Assembly (NCBI GenBank): GCA_004769085.1
Contig: DUDS01000028.1
Span: 3,914 to 67,913, forward strand
DNA: 64,000 nucleotides
Source of the DNA: Candidatus Melainabacteria bacterium SSGW_16
Lineage (GTDB): Bacteria; Cyanobacteriota; Vampirovibrionia; 2-02-FULL-35-15
Direction: 5' to 3'
In this document: positions 27,762-38,294 of the stretch, in pieces
How the letters are laid out: every line of letters starts with the position of its first letter
Position numbering within the stretch: the first letter of the stretch is position 1
Made by a program: the position numbers and the translations under genes
The notes under the pieces: model-generated
What the model was told of the DNA's origin: nothing
Seen by the model: only the letters and a program-made list of their open reading frames with translations
The model's database searches: none

Positions 27762-30188
27762 TTATTTTTTATTTCCTTTGGAACTAGGTAAATTATTATT
27801 AGGCAGAGCTGGTTGTGTAATAGCAATGGAATTATTACCATTGTTTAAAGGGTTCTGATTATTATTTCCTGAATTATTGCCAGGTAAAACTGGTGGCGGT
27901 GGTAAAACTGGTTGAGTAATAGCAATGGAATTATTACCATTGTTTGAAGGATTCTGGTTATTGTTTCCTGAATTATTATTAGGCAAAGTTGGTTGAGTAA
28001 TAGCAATGGAATTATTACCATTGTTTGAAGGATTCTGGTTATTGTTTCCTGAATTATTATTAGGCAAAGTTGGTTGAGTAACAGTTATGGGATTAAAGTC
28101 ATCATCATCATGTGAAGGGTGATTATTGTTTCCTGAGTTGTTATTAGGCAGAGGTGGTTGAGTAACAGTTATTGGATTAAAGTCATCATCGTCATCATCA
28201 TGTGAAGGGTGATTATTGTTTCCTGAGTTGTTATTAGGCAGAGGTGGTTGAGTAATAGCAATGGGATTAAAACCATTACCATTGTTTGAAGGATTCTGAT
28301 TATTGTTTCCTGAGTTGTTATTAGGCAGAGGTGGTTGAGTAACAGTTATGGGATTAAAGTCGTCATCGTCATCATCATGTGAAGGGTGATTATTATTTCC
28401 TGAGTTGTTATTAGAGCCATGGTTGTCATCATCGTCGTCATCATCATCATTGTGTGAGGTGTGATGATCGTTATTATTAGAGCCATGGTTGTCATCATCG
28501 TCGTCATCATCATCATTGTGTGAGGTGTGATGATCGTTGTTATTAGAGCCATGGTTGTCATCGTCGTCGTCATCATCATCTAATGAAGTTTCTATGGGGG
28601 CTGGCTGAGCAGTTAATTTAGGATTCTTTAATGATGTCCCTCCGCGGGGTGAATTCCTAACATTTTCAACTAAGGCTGAAATAAATGAAGGATCATAGCC
28701 ATTTCCTGAAGCAGACTGGTTTATTATTACATTTGGATTATGTGAAATAAAATCAGGATCGTTCCAGACTGGGCCATTACCGTAGGAAACAGTTGTATTT
28801 CCATTAGTTGCCTGATTATTATTTCCATTGTTGTTTCCATTATTGTTGTTAGTTGAGTCAGATTCATTTGGTTCATCAACAGATATTTCTACAGAAACAT
28901 TTTCGACTGGAGTCTCATTTATTACAGCATCATTGCTTGCAACGTTATTTATATCATCTGCTTCAATATCTGCTTCACTTATAAGAAAAAGTCCTCTGAA
29001 AATCGGACTTTCTTCTCCAGATTCATTTGTAATTCTAATCCTGAATCTTGCAGTGTCAGTGCTTTCTATTTTGAAGGTTTCAAATGAAGGTAAACCATCT
29101 CCTGATGTCTCTGTTTCTGCAAGTAAAGTATTTTTTGAATCTTCAAATGCTGAGTAAATGAGAACCTTTTGTTTAAAATTTTCTGCAAAATAAAGTCCAA
29201 GTGTACATCCGTTTATGCAGGTATTGTCTGGAGGAGAAAGATAAAATTCAGCACCATTAAATCCGTCTGGACCGGACTGTCCTTTTATTACCTTAAAACT
29301 GTATGAGTCTGCTACCCTGGATGAAACAAATTCATATCCTGTTGAAGTTGTATCTTCTATACTTCCCAGACTAATGTCTATAATATCCTTATCGTACGTA
29401 TCTTCTTCAGCATCTGGTGACCATACTATTGCATTATAATTTTCTCTAAACAGATTATTAAGAGATAACGGGGCTTCAACTTTAGTTCTGCCGTCGTAAT
29501 TTACTGGGAGGCTTTTTTCTTCTCTCGGAGTTCCCCAGAATAATCCACTTACTACTGGTTTTGTGTTACTGGCTGTTTTCAACTCAATTGTTGCTTTGCC
29601 ACTAGTACCTTTTGGTGGTCCTTTAATTAAAAGATTCAGATAGCAACCTTTGTTGTACTTTGTATTTTGAATATAAACAATATCTCCAAGTGAATCCAAA
29701 GCGTATGAAAGTTTAATTCTGACTTGCTGTTCCGGGATTTTGCTTACAAAGGGGTCGATATAAATACTTAGCGGATACCATACTCCAAAATTGCTGTTAT
29801 TTTCTAATTCAAGATTTATTTCTGTGGATTCACCTGGCAAAGAAGAGGTAATATAAAAACCATTTCTGGAATTTTTAGATGATTCAAGTGTGCTAATTCC
29901 AATTAAACTTGTCTGCTCAATAATGCCGTTGTATTGAACACTTTTTACAAAGCTAGGAAGATTGTGAAGATTATCACTCTGCCCTGGAATCCAGTAATAA
30001 GAGTATTCTGATGACCATGCTCCATTTAGTTCACAGTTGAGCTTTTGAATATCTTCTTTAATGTAGTCAGTGTTAAGGTAGATTGTATTGGAAACCGTTT
30101 CTGCTGAAAATGCCTGATTTGGGCCCAAAAGTAGTATAAAAACTGTTAACAGCATTTGTGTAATGCAAATTAAGAACCTGCTATTCAT
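27762..30188 (-). CDS. exported protein with globular N-terminal half and Asn/Asp/His-rich tandem-repeat C-terminal half (808 aa)
   Basis: Signal peptide ending AFSAE. The C-terminal half has repeats NNNDHHTSHNDDDDDDDDNHGS (x3), FNPITVTQPPLPNNNSGNNNHPSHDDDDDD and NSIAITQPTLPNNNSGNNNQNPSNNGN. Confidence 0.8.
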   Translation of the reverse strand: MNSRFLICITQMLLTVFILLLGPNQAFSAETVSNTIYLNTDYIKEDIQKLNCELNGAWSSEYSYYWIPGQSDNLHNLPSFVKSVQYNGIIEQTSLIGISTLESSKNSRNGFYITSSLPGESTEINLELENNSNFGVWYPLSIYIDPFVSKIPEQQVRIKLSYALDSLGDIVYIQNTKYNKGCYLNLLIKGPPKGTSGKATIELKTASNTKPVVSGLFWGTPREEKSLPVNYDGRTKVEAPLSLNNLFRENYNAIVWSPDAEEDTYDKDIIDISLGSIEDTTSTGYEFVSSRVADSYSFKVIKGQSGPDGFNGAEFYLSPPDNTCINGCTLGLYFAENFKQKVLIYSAFEDSKNTLLAETETSGDGLPSFETFKIESTDTARFRIRITNESGEESPIFRGLFLISEADIEADDINNVASNDAVINETPVENVSVEISVDEPNESDSTNNNNGNNNGNNNQATNGNTTVSYGNGPVWNDPDFISHNPNVIINQSASGNGYDPSFISALVENVRNSPRGGTSLKNPKLTAQPAPIETSLDDDDDDDDNHGSNNNDHHTSHNDDDDDDDDNHGSNNNDHHTSHNDDDDDDDDNHGSNNNSGNNNHPSHDDDDDDFNPITVTQPPLPNNNSGNNNQNPSNNGNGFNPIAITQPPLPNNNSGNNNHPSHDDDDDDFNPITVTQPPLPNNNSGNNNHPSHDDDDFNPITVTQPTLPNNNSGNNNQNPSNNGNNSIAITQPTLPNNNSGNNNQNPSNNGNNSIAITQPVLPPPPVLPGNNSGNNNQNPLNNGNNSIAITQPALPNNNLPSSKGNKK
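27790..28590 (-). repeat. in-frame coding tandem repeats (81-90-nt and 66-nt units)
   Basis: The gttgagtaa unit starts at 27911, 27992, 28073 (81-nt period), 28157, 28247 and 28334. The agagccatgg unit starts at 28413, 28479 and 28545 (66-nt period). Confidence 0.85.
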
Positions 30189-30303
30189 TTTTGAAAATAA
30201 AAACCCTCAACTCGGCGCAATAATCGCTTAGTCATTAATCTTTAATAAGTTAAAGGAATGGTTAAGTCAGTCGAAAAGTAAATTACATTTAATCTTGCAA
30301 TTT

Positions 30304-30972
30304 TTAAGATTTCATCTTACTTATTACGTCTTTAATCTCTGACTGCTGTTTAAGACTATATATAGCATTTCCTGCTACTAAAACATTTGCTCCTGCAGAT
30401 CTGACTATTGGCGCTGTGCTCGTGTTTATTCCTCCGTCCACCTCGATAAATTTATCAGTAAGATTTGCATCCTGGAACATTTTTTTTACCTCTGATATTT
30501 TTGGTACAACAGAACTTATGAAATTTTGGCCGCCAAATCCAGGATTAACAGTCATTATTAAAACCAAATCTGTGATTTCAAGAATATATTTAAGGCTGTC
30601 AACAGGTGTATGTGGGTTAAATGAAACCCCGGCTTTGCAACCATGTGATTTTATATATGAAATAGTTCTTTCAAGATGTGTACAAGCCTCTGAGTGAACA
30701 GTGATTATATCAGCACCTGCATCAGCAAAATCTTTTATGTGTTTATCCGGGTCAACAATCATTAAGTGAACATCAAGCGGAAGTTTTGTTATTTGTCTTA
30801 TGCACTTTACTACTGGTGCACCAATAGTAATATTTGGTACAAATGACCCGTCCATTACATCAACATGGATCCAATCAGCACCAGCTTCTTCTACTTTTTT
30901 TATTTCATTTTTTAAATCAGAAAAATTTGCAGAGAGTATTGATGGTGCTATAAGTATTTTTTTATTTTGCAT
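30304..30972 (-). CDS. rpe: ribulose-phosphate 3-epimerase
   Basis: IAPSILSANF, HVDVMDG.FVPN, DVHLM, MTVNPGFGGQ.F and VDGG are typical Rpe motifs. Confidence 0.95.
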   Translation of the reverse strand: MQNKKILIAPSILSANFSDLKNEIKKVEEAGADWIHVDVMDGSFVPNITIGAPVVKCIRQITKLPLDVHLMIVDPDKHIKDFADAGADIITVHSEACTHLERTISYIKSHGCKAGVSFNPHTPVDSLKYILEITDLVLIMTVNPGFGGQNFISSVVPKISEVKKMFQDANLTDKFIEVDGGINTSTAPIVRSAGANVLVAGNAIYSLKQQSEIKDVISKMKS

Positions 30973-30992
30973 AAGAATATTTTACATCATAC

Positions 30993-31868
30993 TTAATGTA
31001 CCCTTAAAGTAACATCTTTTATCTCATCAAAAAACTTTACTCCAAATACAAACACTGTTTTACCCAGTAGTTTCCTTTCTACCGTTGTTAATCCTGGCGT
31101 TGTAATATACTTTTTCCACTCAGTAAGCCGGAGTTGTTTCATGTAAAAATCATGCTCTTCTGGTTTGCAAAGAAGAAGCTTTTTTGCAAACATTGCAACT
31201 GGTACAAGCGAGTTTTCATTTGTTAGAAACTTATAAATTCCATCTGTTACTGTTGGCAGATTTTGAAGATATAAATCATCAATTATGACCAGCCCTTTTT
31301 GAATAATTGATTTTGAAGCAAGTTTTAAATCGTTTAATGTGTCTTCTTCTGAATGTCCTCCGTCGATATGAATAAACCTGCAATTATTACATTCATTATC
31401 TGTAAGTTCATCAGATCTTTTTTCATAGATTTTTATAAAATTTACATCATCAAAAAATGATTTCATATAATCCACAATTACAGTCCTGTTTACTTTTCCC
31501 CATTCAAGATCCCAGTCCATACCACCAAACAAATCACATAATCCAAGCTTTTCACTTTCGGGATTTGTCATAAGGGCAAGAAGAAGACTGCTTTTACCCT
31601 CAAATGTGCCAATTTCAAAGAGATTTCCTGAAATGTTTCCCTTTTTCTGAATATAATCCAGCCAAAGAAACATTTGTGCTTCTTCCCTGTGAAACCAGCC
31701 GTTAATAAAATCAAGATAAGTCAGGTAGTGGCTTAACAGTCTGTGATTTATTCTGTGATCACTATTTATATACTGCTTGTGAAACAGAAACTTGTTATAT
31801 CTGGGAAATCCAGTACAGAATAAAAATTTGTTCAGTAATCTATGAAAATGTGTCTTATGTTTTCTCAC
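30993..31868 (-). CDS. class I SAM-dependent methyltransferase-like protein
   Basis: FEIGTFEGKSSLLLA and IHIDGGHSEEDTLNDL resemble Methyltransf_24/TylF-like folds. Specificity unknown. Confidence 0.6.
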   Translation of the reverse strand: MRKHKTHFHRLLNKFLFCTGFPRYNKFLFHKQYINSDHRINHRLLSHYLTYLDFINGWFHREEAQMFLWLDYIQKKGNISGNLFEIGTFEGKSSLLLALMTNPESEKLGLCDLFGGMDWDLEWGKVNRTVIVDYMKSFFDDVNFIKIYEKRSDELTDNECNNCRFIHIDGGHSEEDTLNDLKLASKSIIQKGLVIIDDLYLQNLPTVTDGIYKFLTNENSLVPVAMFAKKLLLCKPEEHDFYMKQLRLTEWKKYITTPGLTTVERKLLGKTVFVFGVKFFDEIKDVTLRVH

Positions 31869-31880
31869 ATTAAAATGCTT

Positions 31881-32549
31881 TTATACTTTTACTACAGAAG
31901 GCTTTTTTAACATTGCATCGTTCCAGTCAGCCAGAAATCTTTCAAGACCCTTATCTGTCAAAGGATGCTGAACCATTTGTTTAAATACCTGGTATGGAAT
32001 AGTTGCAATATGTGCTCCTGCTTTTGCTGACTCTGTTACATGAAGAGGATTTCTAATACTTGCAGAAAGAATCTCAGTTTTTACATTATGCAGATGAAAA
32101 ACTTCTGCAATTTCCTTAATTAGTTCTATACCATTTTGGTTAATATCATCAAGTCTTCCTACAAATGGACTGACATAGCTAGCTCCTGCACTTGCACACA
32201 TAAGAGCCTGGTTTACCGAGAAACACAATGTCATATTTACTTTTATATTGTGATTACTTAAAACTCTGCATGCAGAAAGTCCGTTAGGAATGGTTGGAAG
32301 TTTAACAGTAACATTTTTATGCCACCTGGAAATCTCTTTCCCTTCCTCAATCATGCTTTCTGTTTCTGTGCTTATAACTTCAGCACTTATAGATCCATCG
32401 ACAATTTCACATATTTGCTGAACTACCTGTTTAAAATCTTTTCCTTCTTTTGCCACAAGTGACGGATTTGTTGTTACTCCGGACAAGATACCCCACGAAG
32501 CTATTTCTTTTATATGCTCAATGTTTGCAGAATCAATAAAAAATTTCAT
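31881..32549 (-). CDS. short transaldolase / fructose-6-phosphate aldolase family protein
   Basis: [15 protein letters not shown]...[12 protein letters not shown] and SPFVGR (Schiff-base region) over 222 aa. Confidence 0.9.
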   Translation of the reverse strand: MKFFIDSANIEHIKEIASWGILSGVTTNPSLVAKEGKDFKQVVQQICEIVDGSISAEVISTETESMIEEGKEISRWHKNVTVKLPTIPNGLSACRVLSNHNIKVNMTLCFSVNQALMCASAGASYVSPFVGRLDDINQNGIELIKEIAEVFHLHNVKTEILSASIRNPLHVTESAKAGAHIATIPYQVFKQMVQHPLTDKGLERFLADWNDAMLKKPSVVKV

Positions 32550-32657
32550 GTGCTTTACTCCTTATTATAAGTAATTATAATAAGTCTGGATTATGTTTTA
32601 CAGGTCTATTGTTAACAGCTGCTTTAAATAGTTAAGAGTATTGTATAGAATGTTTTT

Positions 32658-34160
32658 ATGGACTTTTTTAGGAAAAATCTTAGATTTTTTATTGTCATAC
32701 TGACATTTTTGATTTCCTTTTTTTCTTTCTTCTCGTTTTATCCTACACCAACATACAAACACTTAAAAAAGCTTGAAAAAGAAATTGCAAAAGCCAGAGC
32801 TCAAAAAGACGAAATTTTAACTGAGAGTGTTACTACCCTTAGTAAGGGGTTGGCAGATCCACTGACAGAATTAAAAGAAAAACGTAAGTTATCCGATAGA
32901 CAGATAAAAGAAATTGATACAAAGATTAAGGGTTCACAAATTGTTTTTAAAAATCAATATATTACAGGTACCACTCAGCTTATGCTTGGACTTGATCTTA
33001 TAGGTGGTGCACAATTAACATTTCAGGCTTTAACTGGATCCGGGGTACAGGAAATAAATAACGATGCTATTGCAGGTCTCATTAAGGTTTTTGAAAACAG
33101 GGTTAATGCTTCAGGAACAGCAGAAGCCATTGTTCAGCAGGTTGGAAAAGACAGGCTTCTGGTTGAAATACCAGGAGCTGATCCTGAAATTGTAAAAAGA
33201 AGACTTTTAAAAACAGCATTTCTTGAGTTTAAAGAACCTGCCAAATTTGTTGACACAAAACCTGATAAAAAAGTTGATCTTAGTAAACCAGATCAATATA
33301 TCTGGCTTACAACGGGAATTACAGGAAGAGATCTTAAAAAAGCCCAGGCAGTTACTGATGGAGCAGGCAACTGGCTTATTTCATTTTCACTTAAAGGGCC
33401 TGCTATTGAAAAATTCGGAAAACTTACTGAAAGACTTATAAGTCAGCCGCTTGCAATATTTCTGGATGGAAGACTTATTTCAAGCCCTACAGTAAGAAGT
33501 GCTATAACCGGCGGGGAAGGACAAATTGAAGGATCATTTACCGCAGAGGAAGCACAAGATCTTGCAGTTCAGTTAAATGCAGGTGCTTTGCCTGTTCCTG
33601 TAAAAATTATCCAGGAAAGATCTGTTGGTGCTACTTTGGGACAGGATTCAATTGATAAAAGCCTTAAAGCAGGTGTCTATGGAATTATGCTGGTTATACT
33701 TTTTATGATTCTTTTTTATAGACTGCCTGGAATCATAGCAAGCTTTGCGTTAATTCTTTATACCCTGGTTACAATTTCAATTTTTGAACATACAATAACA
33801 CTTACACTTGCTGGAATTGCAGGATTTATTCTTAGTATTGGAATGGCTGTTGATGCAAATATCCTTATTTTTGAAAGAACGAAAGAAGAGCTAAGAGCAG
33901 GAAAAAGCTTTTTTAATGCAATTGATGCTGGTTTTGAAAGAGCATTCAGCAGTATTTTTGACAGTAATGTGAATACGCTTATTGCATGTTTTGTTCTTTT
34001 GATTTTTGGAACAGGACTTGTCAGAGGTTTTGCAATAGCTCTTGCAATAGGGGTTTTAGTTAGTATGTTCTCTGCAATTTTTGTTACTAAGACATTTCTT
34101 TCTATAACAACAAAGTTTTCTTTTCTCAGAAAACCAGTACTGTTCGGTGTAAAAATATAG
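32658..34160 (+). CDS. secD: protein translocase subunit SecD
   Basis: N-terminal TM segment, a large periplasmic domain (LGLDLIGG, FLDG..ISSP) and a C-terminal 5-TM bundle (GIAGFILSIGMAVDANILIFER). No secF follows. Confidence 0.9.
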   Translation: MDFFRKNLRFFIVILTFLISFFSFFSFYPTPTYKHLKKLEKEIAKARAQKDEILTESVTTLSKGLADPLTELKEKRKLSDRQIKEIDTKIKGSQIVFKNQYITGTTQLMLGLDLIGGAQLTFQALTGSGVQEINNDAIAGLIKVFENRVNASGTAEAIVQQVGKDRLLVEIPGADPEIVKRRLLKTAFLEFKEPAKFVDTKPDKKVDLSKPDQYIWLTTGITGRDLKKAQAVTDGAGNWLISFSLKGPAIEKFGKLTERLISQPLAIFLDGRLISSPTVRSAITGGEGQIEGSFTAEEAQDLAVQLNAGALPVPVKIIQERSVGATLGQDSIDKSLKAGVYGIMLVILFMILFYRLPGIIASFALILYTLVTISIFEHTITLTLAGIAGFILSIGMAVDANILIFERTKEELRAGKSFFNAIDAGFERAFSSIFDSNVNTLIACFVLLIFGTGLVRGFAIALAIGVLVSMFSAIFVTKTFLSITTKFSFLRKPVLFGVKI

Positions 34161-34162
34161 TT

Positions 34163-34891
34163 TCAGATAAAAATTTTATTTTTTATTACTGCAAAGACAA
34201 AACAAGGTAGAGATTTTAGGACCCTTAGAATTCTTTGAGGTTCATTTATTGCTCTGAATAACCATTCAAGTGACATATTCCTTACCCATTCCGGCGCTCT
34301 TCTTTTTTTTCCTGACCAGACATCAAGACTTCCACCTATTCCTATCATTATGCTTTTTGGAAACATTTCTGAATATTTATTAATCCATATTTCCTGCTTT
34401 GGAGTTCCTAGTGCAACAAGTATTAAATCAGGCTTGGTTTGTGAAATTGTAGTTGCTATTTCTGGAAATTTTTCTTCATCCTGATAGCCATCTACTGCTT
34501 TTACAATATTTATTTTTGGATATATACTCATAAATTTATTGACTGTTTTTTCAAGAATTTCTTTTTTACTGCCAAATATTGCAATTTTCTTTGACAGTTG
34601 GTTGGCTGTTTCAAGTATTTTTTCTGCAAGTTCAATCCCGGGGACTTTTTCTGCAAAAGAATTCCCATTTAGTTTTAATGCCCATACAATTCCTGTTCCA
34701 TCCGGTACTATCAGGTGGCTATTATTCAATGCCGACTGAAACTCAAGGTTTTTAGAGGCATTTATAACCATTTCAGGATTTAAGGTGATTATTTTAAGCT
34801 GGCATGAGTTTAAAAATGCATTTTTTGCAAGCTCGCTGGCTTCGTCCATGCTGATTATATCTATTGGTTGTCCAAGAATTCTGCTTCTCAT
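34163..34891 (-). CDS. WecG/TagA/CpsF-family glycosyltransferase
   Basis: ITLNPEMV, VPDGTGIVWA, ALGTPKQE.W, GIGGS.D..SGK..RAP.W and EWL.R.. EP.R are typical of this family. Confidence 0.8.
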   Translation of the reverse strand: MRSRILGQPIDIISMDEASELAKNAFLNSCQLKIITLNPEMVINASKNLEFQSALNNSHLIVPDGTGIVWALKLNGNSFAEKVPGIELAEKILETANQLSKKIAIFGSKKEILEKTVNKFMSIYPKINIVKAVDGYQDEEKFPEIATTISQTKPDLILVALGTPKQEIWINKYSEMFPKSIMIGIGGSLDVWSGKKRRAPEWVRNMSLEWLFRAINEPQRILRVLKSLPCFVFAVIKNKIFI

Positions 34892-34918
34892 CGTTATAGT
34901 TACCTAACAAGTAGTTTA

Positions 34919-36001
34919 CTATGAACTAAATAAAGTTTCGAGAAGCTGGATGTTTATTCTGTGAATTTTCTTCATTTTTTCAGCACATTCTTTTGCCATG
35001 TTTGAAGAATACTGCAGGTTCTGCCAGAAATAATTCCATGGCTGTTCAAAATCATCTTTGAAACCAACTCCAACCTGTGAAGCAAGATCCAGTAATGATT
35101 TTACTTTTTGATCATAAATAAGACCAAAAACAGGTTTGCCATTTAATAGAGGGGTGAGGAGGGCATGGTATCTCATTCCAACCATTACTTCGCAACTGGC
35201 AATAATTCCAGCCTGTTGAGAAATTGTGAAATCTGAAAAATTGTCAATTAAGAATACTCTGTCAGGTTGTGATGATTTCCGGATAATCTGATCGTATAAT
35301 TCGTACAATATAGGCAAATCATCATGGGGCATACATGGTATTAGTAGAACCTGCCAGTCTTTCATACTCATAAGGATTTTTGATATTTTGTCTGATAATT
35401 TTGTAATGTGATGATTTTTCAGCTGCTTATCATATCTCATAGAAACACTTAAAATAGGCAGTTGCCAGTTTATTCTTGGAAGAAGAGGTTTGAATAAAAA
35501 GTCTGGTTCTATAGTCCAGGCAGGGTCGCATGTGATAACAACGTTTTCTTTGTGAGACAGATATTGGAGAGAAGCTTGATCCCTTAGACTGATAAAGTTT
35601 GCTGAGTTAACTGCCAAATTAAATATATAATTTGAAATCCCCCTTTGTAGTGGTCCTATACCAACAGCATAAAGTACTACCTTTTTCTGGAGTATCCCTC
35701 CAAGAAATAATTGTAAACAGTAGTAGCATAAACTTCTGAAACTGGTTTTATCCTGAAATAGCCCACCAATAAAAATCACATGATCATGGTTTAAAAATGC
35801 ATTAAGCAGCTGGAAGATATTCCATTTGTTAACAGACTTTACATTGTAGGCTAAAGAAGTTTTTTCTGGTTCTTTAGAAAGAACCGTAATATCTTCATTT
35901 TTGTACCCAACTTGTAAAAGATTGTTAATTAGTACAAAAAGGAGAGCTTCATCTCCAAAATTTCCATAGCCTATATAACCGCATACAAGGATTTTTTTCA
36001 T
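34919..36001 (-). CDS. csaB: polysaccharide pyruvyl transferase (CsaB-like)
   Basis: The N-terminus GYIGYGNFGDEALL, later GMRYHAL, and adjacency to the tagA-like gene. Confidence 0.75.
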   Translation of the reverse strand: MKKILVCGYIGYGNFGDEALLFVLINNLLQVGYKNEDITVLSKEPEKTSLAYNVKSVNKWNIFQLLNAFLNHDHVIFIGGLFQDKTSFRSLCYYCLQLFLGGILQKKVVLYAVGIGPLQRGISNYIFNLAVNSANFISLRDQASLQYLSHKENVVITCDPAWTIEPDFLFKPLLPRINWQLPILSVSMRYDKQLKNHHITKLSDKISKILMSMKDWQVLLIPCMPHDDLPILYELYDQIIRKSSQPDRVFLIDNFSDFTISQQAGIIASCEVMVGMRYHALLTPLLNGKPVFGLIYDQKVKSLLDLASQVGVGFKDDFEQPWNYFWQNLQYSSNMAKECAEKMKKIHRINIQLLETLFSS

Positions 36002-36215
36002 TTGTTTAGGTATTCCCCTATCCTTATTATTTGAAGTCTGATTATTTCAGGGGTAGGAGTATTTTCTGTGATATCTGCCTTGAGGTAACTGTTTGATTTT
36101 AAGCTTTTTGTGGCAGGTTTATCAAGAGAGCCCTGTTTTTTATTCACGAATAAGATTATGGCTTCTCATTGGTTCTTGTAGGCTCTGTTTAAAACCGGGC
36201 CTGATTTTTTTCATT

Positions 36216-36890
36216 ATGACAAGTACAAATAAGGAAAAAATGGAAACATCACAACAAATACTTGCAGCCCCGGTTCTTATGGGGGAACTGTCTGAATTTA
36301 ACCTTGTTCATATACTTCAACTTTTAAATGAATGTAATGTAAATGGAGTGCTGCAGGTAAAGAAGGGTGCATTATACGGAGTAATGTACTTTGAGCATGG
36401 TCAAATAATTGATGCTCATGTTTTAACATATGATGGTGAAGATGCCCTATATGAAATATTTTTATGGCTCAGTGGTAAATTTGCATTTCATTCATTCTCT
36501 ATACAGAGACCAAAAACTATTAAGAGACCTACTGAAGACTTGATTCTTACTGGTGCAAGATATGATGAACGATGGAGAAAACTCTGTAAACTTGGCATTG
36601 GTTCCGGAACGATTTTAAGAGCTAAATCAGACGAGGAGATCACCAGAATGATTGCTGAGGAAGAAGAAGGTACAATTCATCTTGCGCAGGCAGATCAGGA
36701 GTTTCTGCAGACTGCTGATGGTACAAAAACACTTGGCGAGATTGCAAACCAGCTTGGTTATAACAGAAGAAAACTGGTTACAGTGATGTCGTTTTTGCTC
36801 ACAAATGGATTCCTTGATATTGTGTCAACATCCCACAGTACGCCTTTCAGTGGAAAAAGCGCCCAGGTTTTTATGCCTGAGCTTGATTAA
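36216..36890 (+). CDS. DUF4388 (PatA-N-like) domain protein
   Basis: GELSEFNLVHILQLLNECNVNGVLQV..G..GVMYFEHGQIIDA...GEDALYEIFLW..G.F.F. Start moved to ATG 36216 (Met42 of the track ORF). Confidence 0.65.
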   Translation: MTSTNKEKMETSQQILAAPVLMGELSEFNLVHILQLLNECNVNGVLQVKKGALYGVMYFEHGQIIDAHVLTYDGEDALYEIFLWLSGKFAFHSFSIQRPKTIKRPTEDLILTGARYDERWRKLCKLGIGSGTILRAKSDEEITRMIAEEEEGTIHLAQADQEFLQTADGTKTLGEIANQLGYNRRKLVTVMSFLLTNGFLDIVSTSHSTPFSGKSAQVFMPELD

Positions 36891-36911
36891 ACCCTTGTTT
36901 TAAGAAATAGT

Positions 36912-37027
36912 GTAATTACTCACCGCCCTCCTCGCTCCTTCGTCGCTTGTCAGGCTTTGCAAAGTGCTTACGGTCTACTATTTATAACATTCTACAGATT
37001 ATGACCCGCCCAAGGCGGATCATAATC
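36912..37027 (-). repeat. Family-1 structured intergenic repeat, copy C
   Basis: The reverse complement reads gattatgatccgccttgggcgggtcataatc-tgtagaatgtta-...-cactttgcaaagcctgacaagcgacgaaggagcgaggagggcggtgagtaattac. It lies just 3' of mraY. Confidence 0.75.
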
Positions 37028-37056
37028 TTTCCTTGCTGAGAGTTATATTTCCACTT

Positions 37057-38019
37057 TTACAAAGCACCTGAGTAATTATGGAATAGTATTACTCCTCCTA
37101 AAATCACAAATACAAACTGAATTGTAAAGAACAATCTGACAATATTTTTTTCACTTACTCCGCAGAGTTCAAAATGATGATGCAAAGGGGCCATTTTAAA
37201 AATTCTTAGATCTTTTCCGATTAATTTTCTTGAGGTTTGTGAGCTGATAACCTGTAAGATTACTGATAATGCCTCAATAACTGGAATTGTTGCAAAAAAC
37301 GCCAGAAAAATCTCAGATCTGCATACTATTGCTATTGAACCTACTGCCCCACCTATAGCCAGACTGCCAGTATCTCCCATAAATACTTTTGCAGGATTTT
37401 TATTGAAATACAAAAAACCACATAGTGCTCCCATAAAAACAATCACAAAGTATGAAAGGCTGATTTTTCCAACACCTTCAAGCAGGATAAATAATCCAAG
37501 AAAACTAGCAATGCTTACACTTGTTAGGAGACCGTCCAGTCCGTCTGTAAGATTATATGAATTTGTTGAACCTGCAATTATAAAAAAGACCCATATTAAA
37601 TAAATAACCCAATTACCCTCCTTATAGAAAAAACAGATAACAATACTTGTCACCAGCTGTATGAACAGCTTAGACCAGCCAGAAATACCTTTGTTTTGTT
37701 TTTTTCTTACCTTCAGATAGTCATCTATAAAACCAAGAAATCCCATTAATATGGTCACTCCAAAAACAATTACAAAATCAAGATTTTGAAAGCTTTTTCT
37801 GGTTAGAAGTACAAAACAGGAAAAAATCACTACAGGAATTAAGAAAATTAATCCTCCAATAGTTGGAGTGTTTGATTTTTTCTTTATATGATCCTTTGGT
37901 CCATCTGTTCTAATGGTTTGTCTAATATGAAATGACTGCAGGAGCTTTATTAAAGAATTTCCAATTAGTAGTGTTATTCCAAGCGAGAGGAAGAAACAGA
38001 TAATGAGTTCATATTTCAT
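37057..38019 (-). CDS. mraY: phospho-N-acetylmuramoyl-pentapeptide transferase
   Basis: K..TPT.GG, N..NLTDGLDGL, MGDTGSLA.GG and APLHHHFE motifs in a 10-TM layout. Confidence 0.95.
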   Translation of the reverse strand: MKYELIICFFLSLGITLLIGNSLIKLLQSFHIRQTIRTDGPKDHIKKKSNTPTIGGLIFLIPVVIFSCFVLLTRKSFQNLDFVIVFGVTILMGFLGFIDDYLKVRKKQNKGISGWSKLFIQLVTSIVICFFYKEGNWVIYLIWVFFIIAGSTNSYNLTDGLDGLLTSVSIASFLGLFILLEGVGKISLSYFVIVFMGALCGFLYFNKNPAKVFMGDTGSLAIGGAVGSIAIVCRSEIFLAFFATIPVIEALSVILQVISSQTSRKLIGKDLRIFKMAPLHHHFELCGVSEKNIVRLFFTIQFVFVILGGVILFHNYSGAL

Positions 38020-38025
38020 TTAGGT

Positions 38026-38277
38026 TTAAGCTAGTTGTCCAAGCAGAGAGGTAAGCATCTGTAATATAAAAAAACCAATAAGAGGGGCAATGTCTATTCC
38101 GTTTATAGGTGGAATTATTCTTCTGAAAGGTTCTAGAAAAGGAACAAATAGTTTTTCAAGGAAACGATAGAACTTTGTTCTCTGCATATCAGGAAGCCAT
38201 GAAAGCAATACCCATACAAACATAAGAAATGAATAAGCCTGAATAATGGTGATTAAGATTGTAATTAAAGAAGACAT
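38026..38277 (-). CDS. yggT: YggT (Ycf19) family membrane protein
   Basis: 83 aa with two TM segments and the motif P.L.P.R..IP...G.D..P. Confidence 0.8.
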   Translation of the reverse strand: MSSLITILITIIQAYSFLMFVWVLLSWLPDMQRTKFYRFLEKLFVPFLEPFRRIIPPINGIDIAPLIGFFILQMLTSLLGQLA

Positions 38278-38294
38278 GAGCTAACCTTTTTATT

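Noticed and set aside
27790-28590. Regularly spaced repeats as a possible CRISPR array
   Set aside because: The units abut one another with no unique spacers. The periods are multiples of 3, and the units are read in frame within the 808-aa ORF. The MMMTTT.. ORF 28346-28579 is an alternative-frame artefact.
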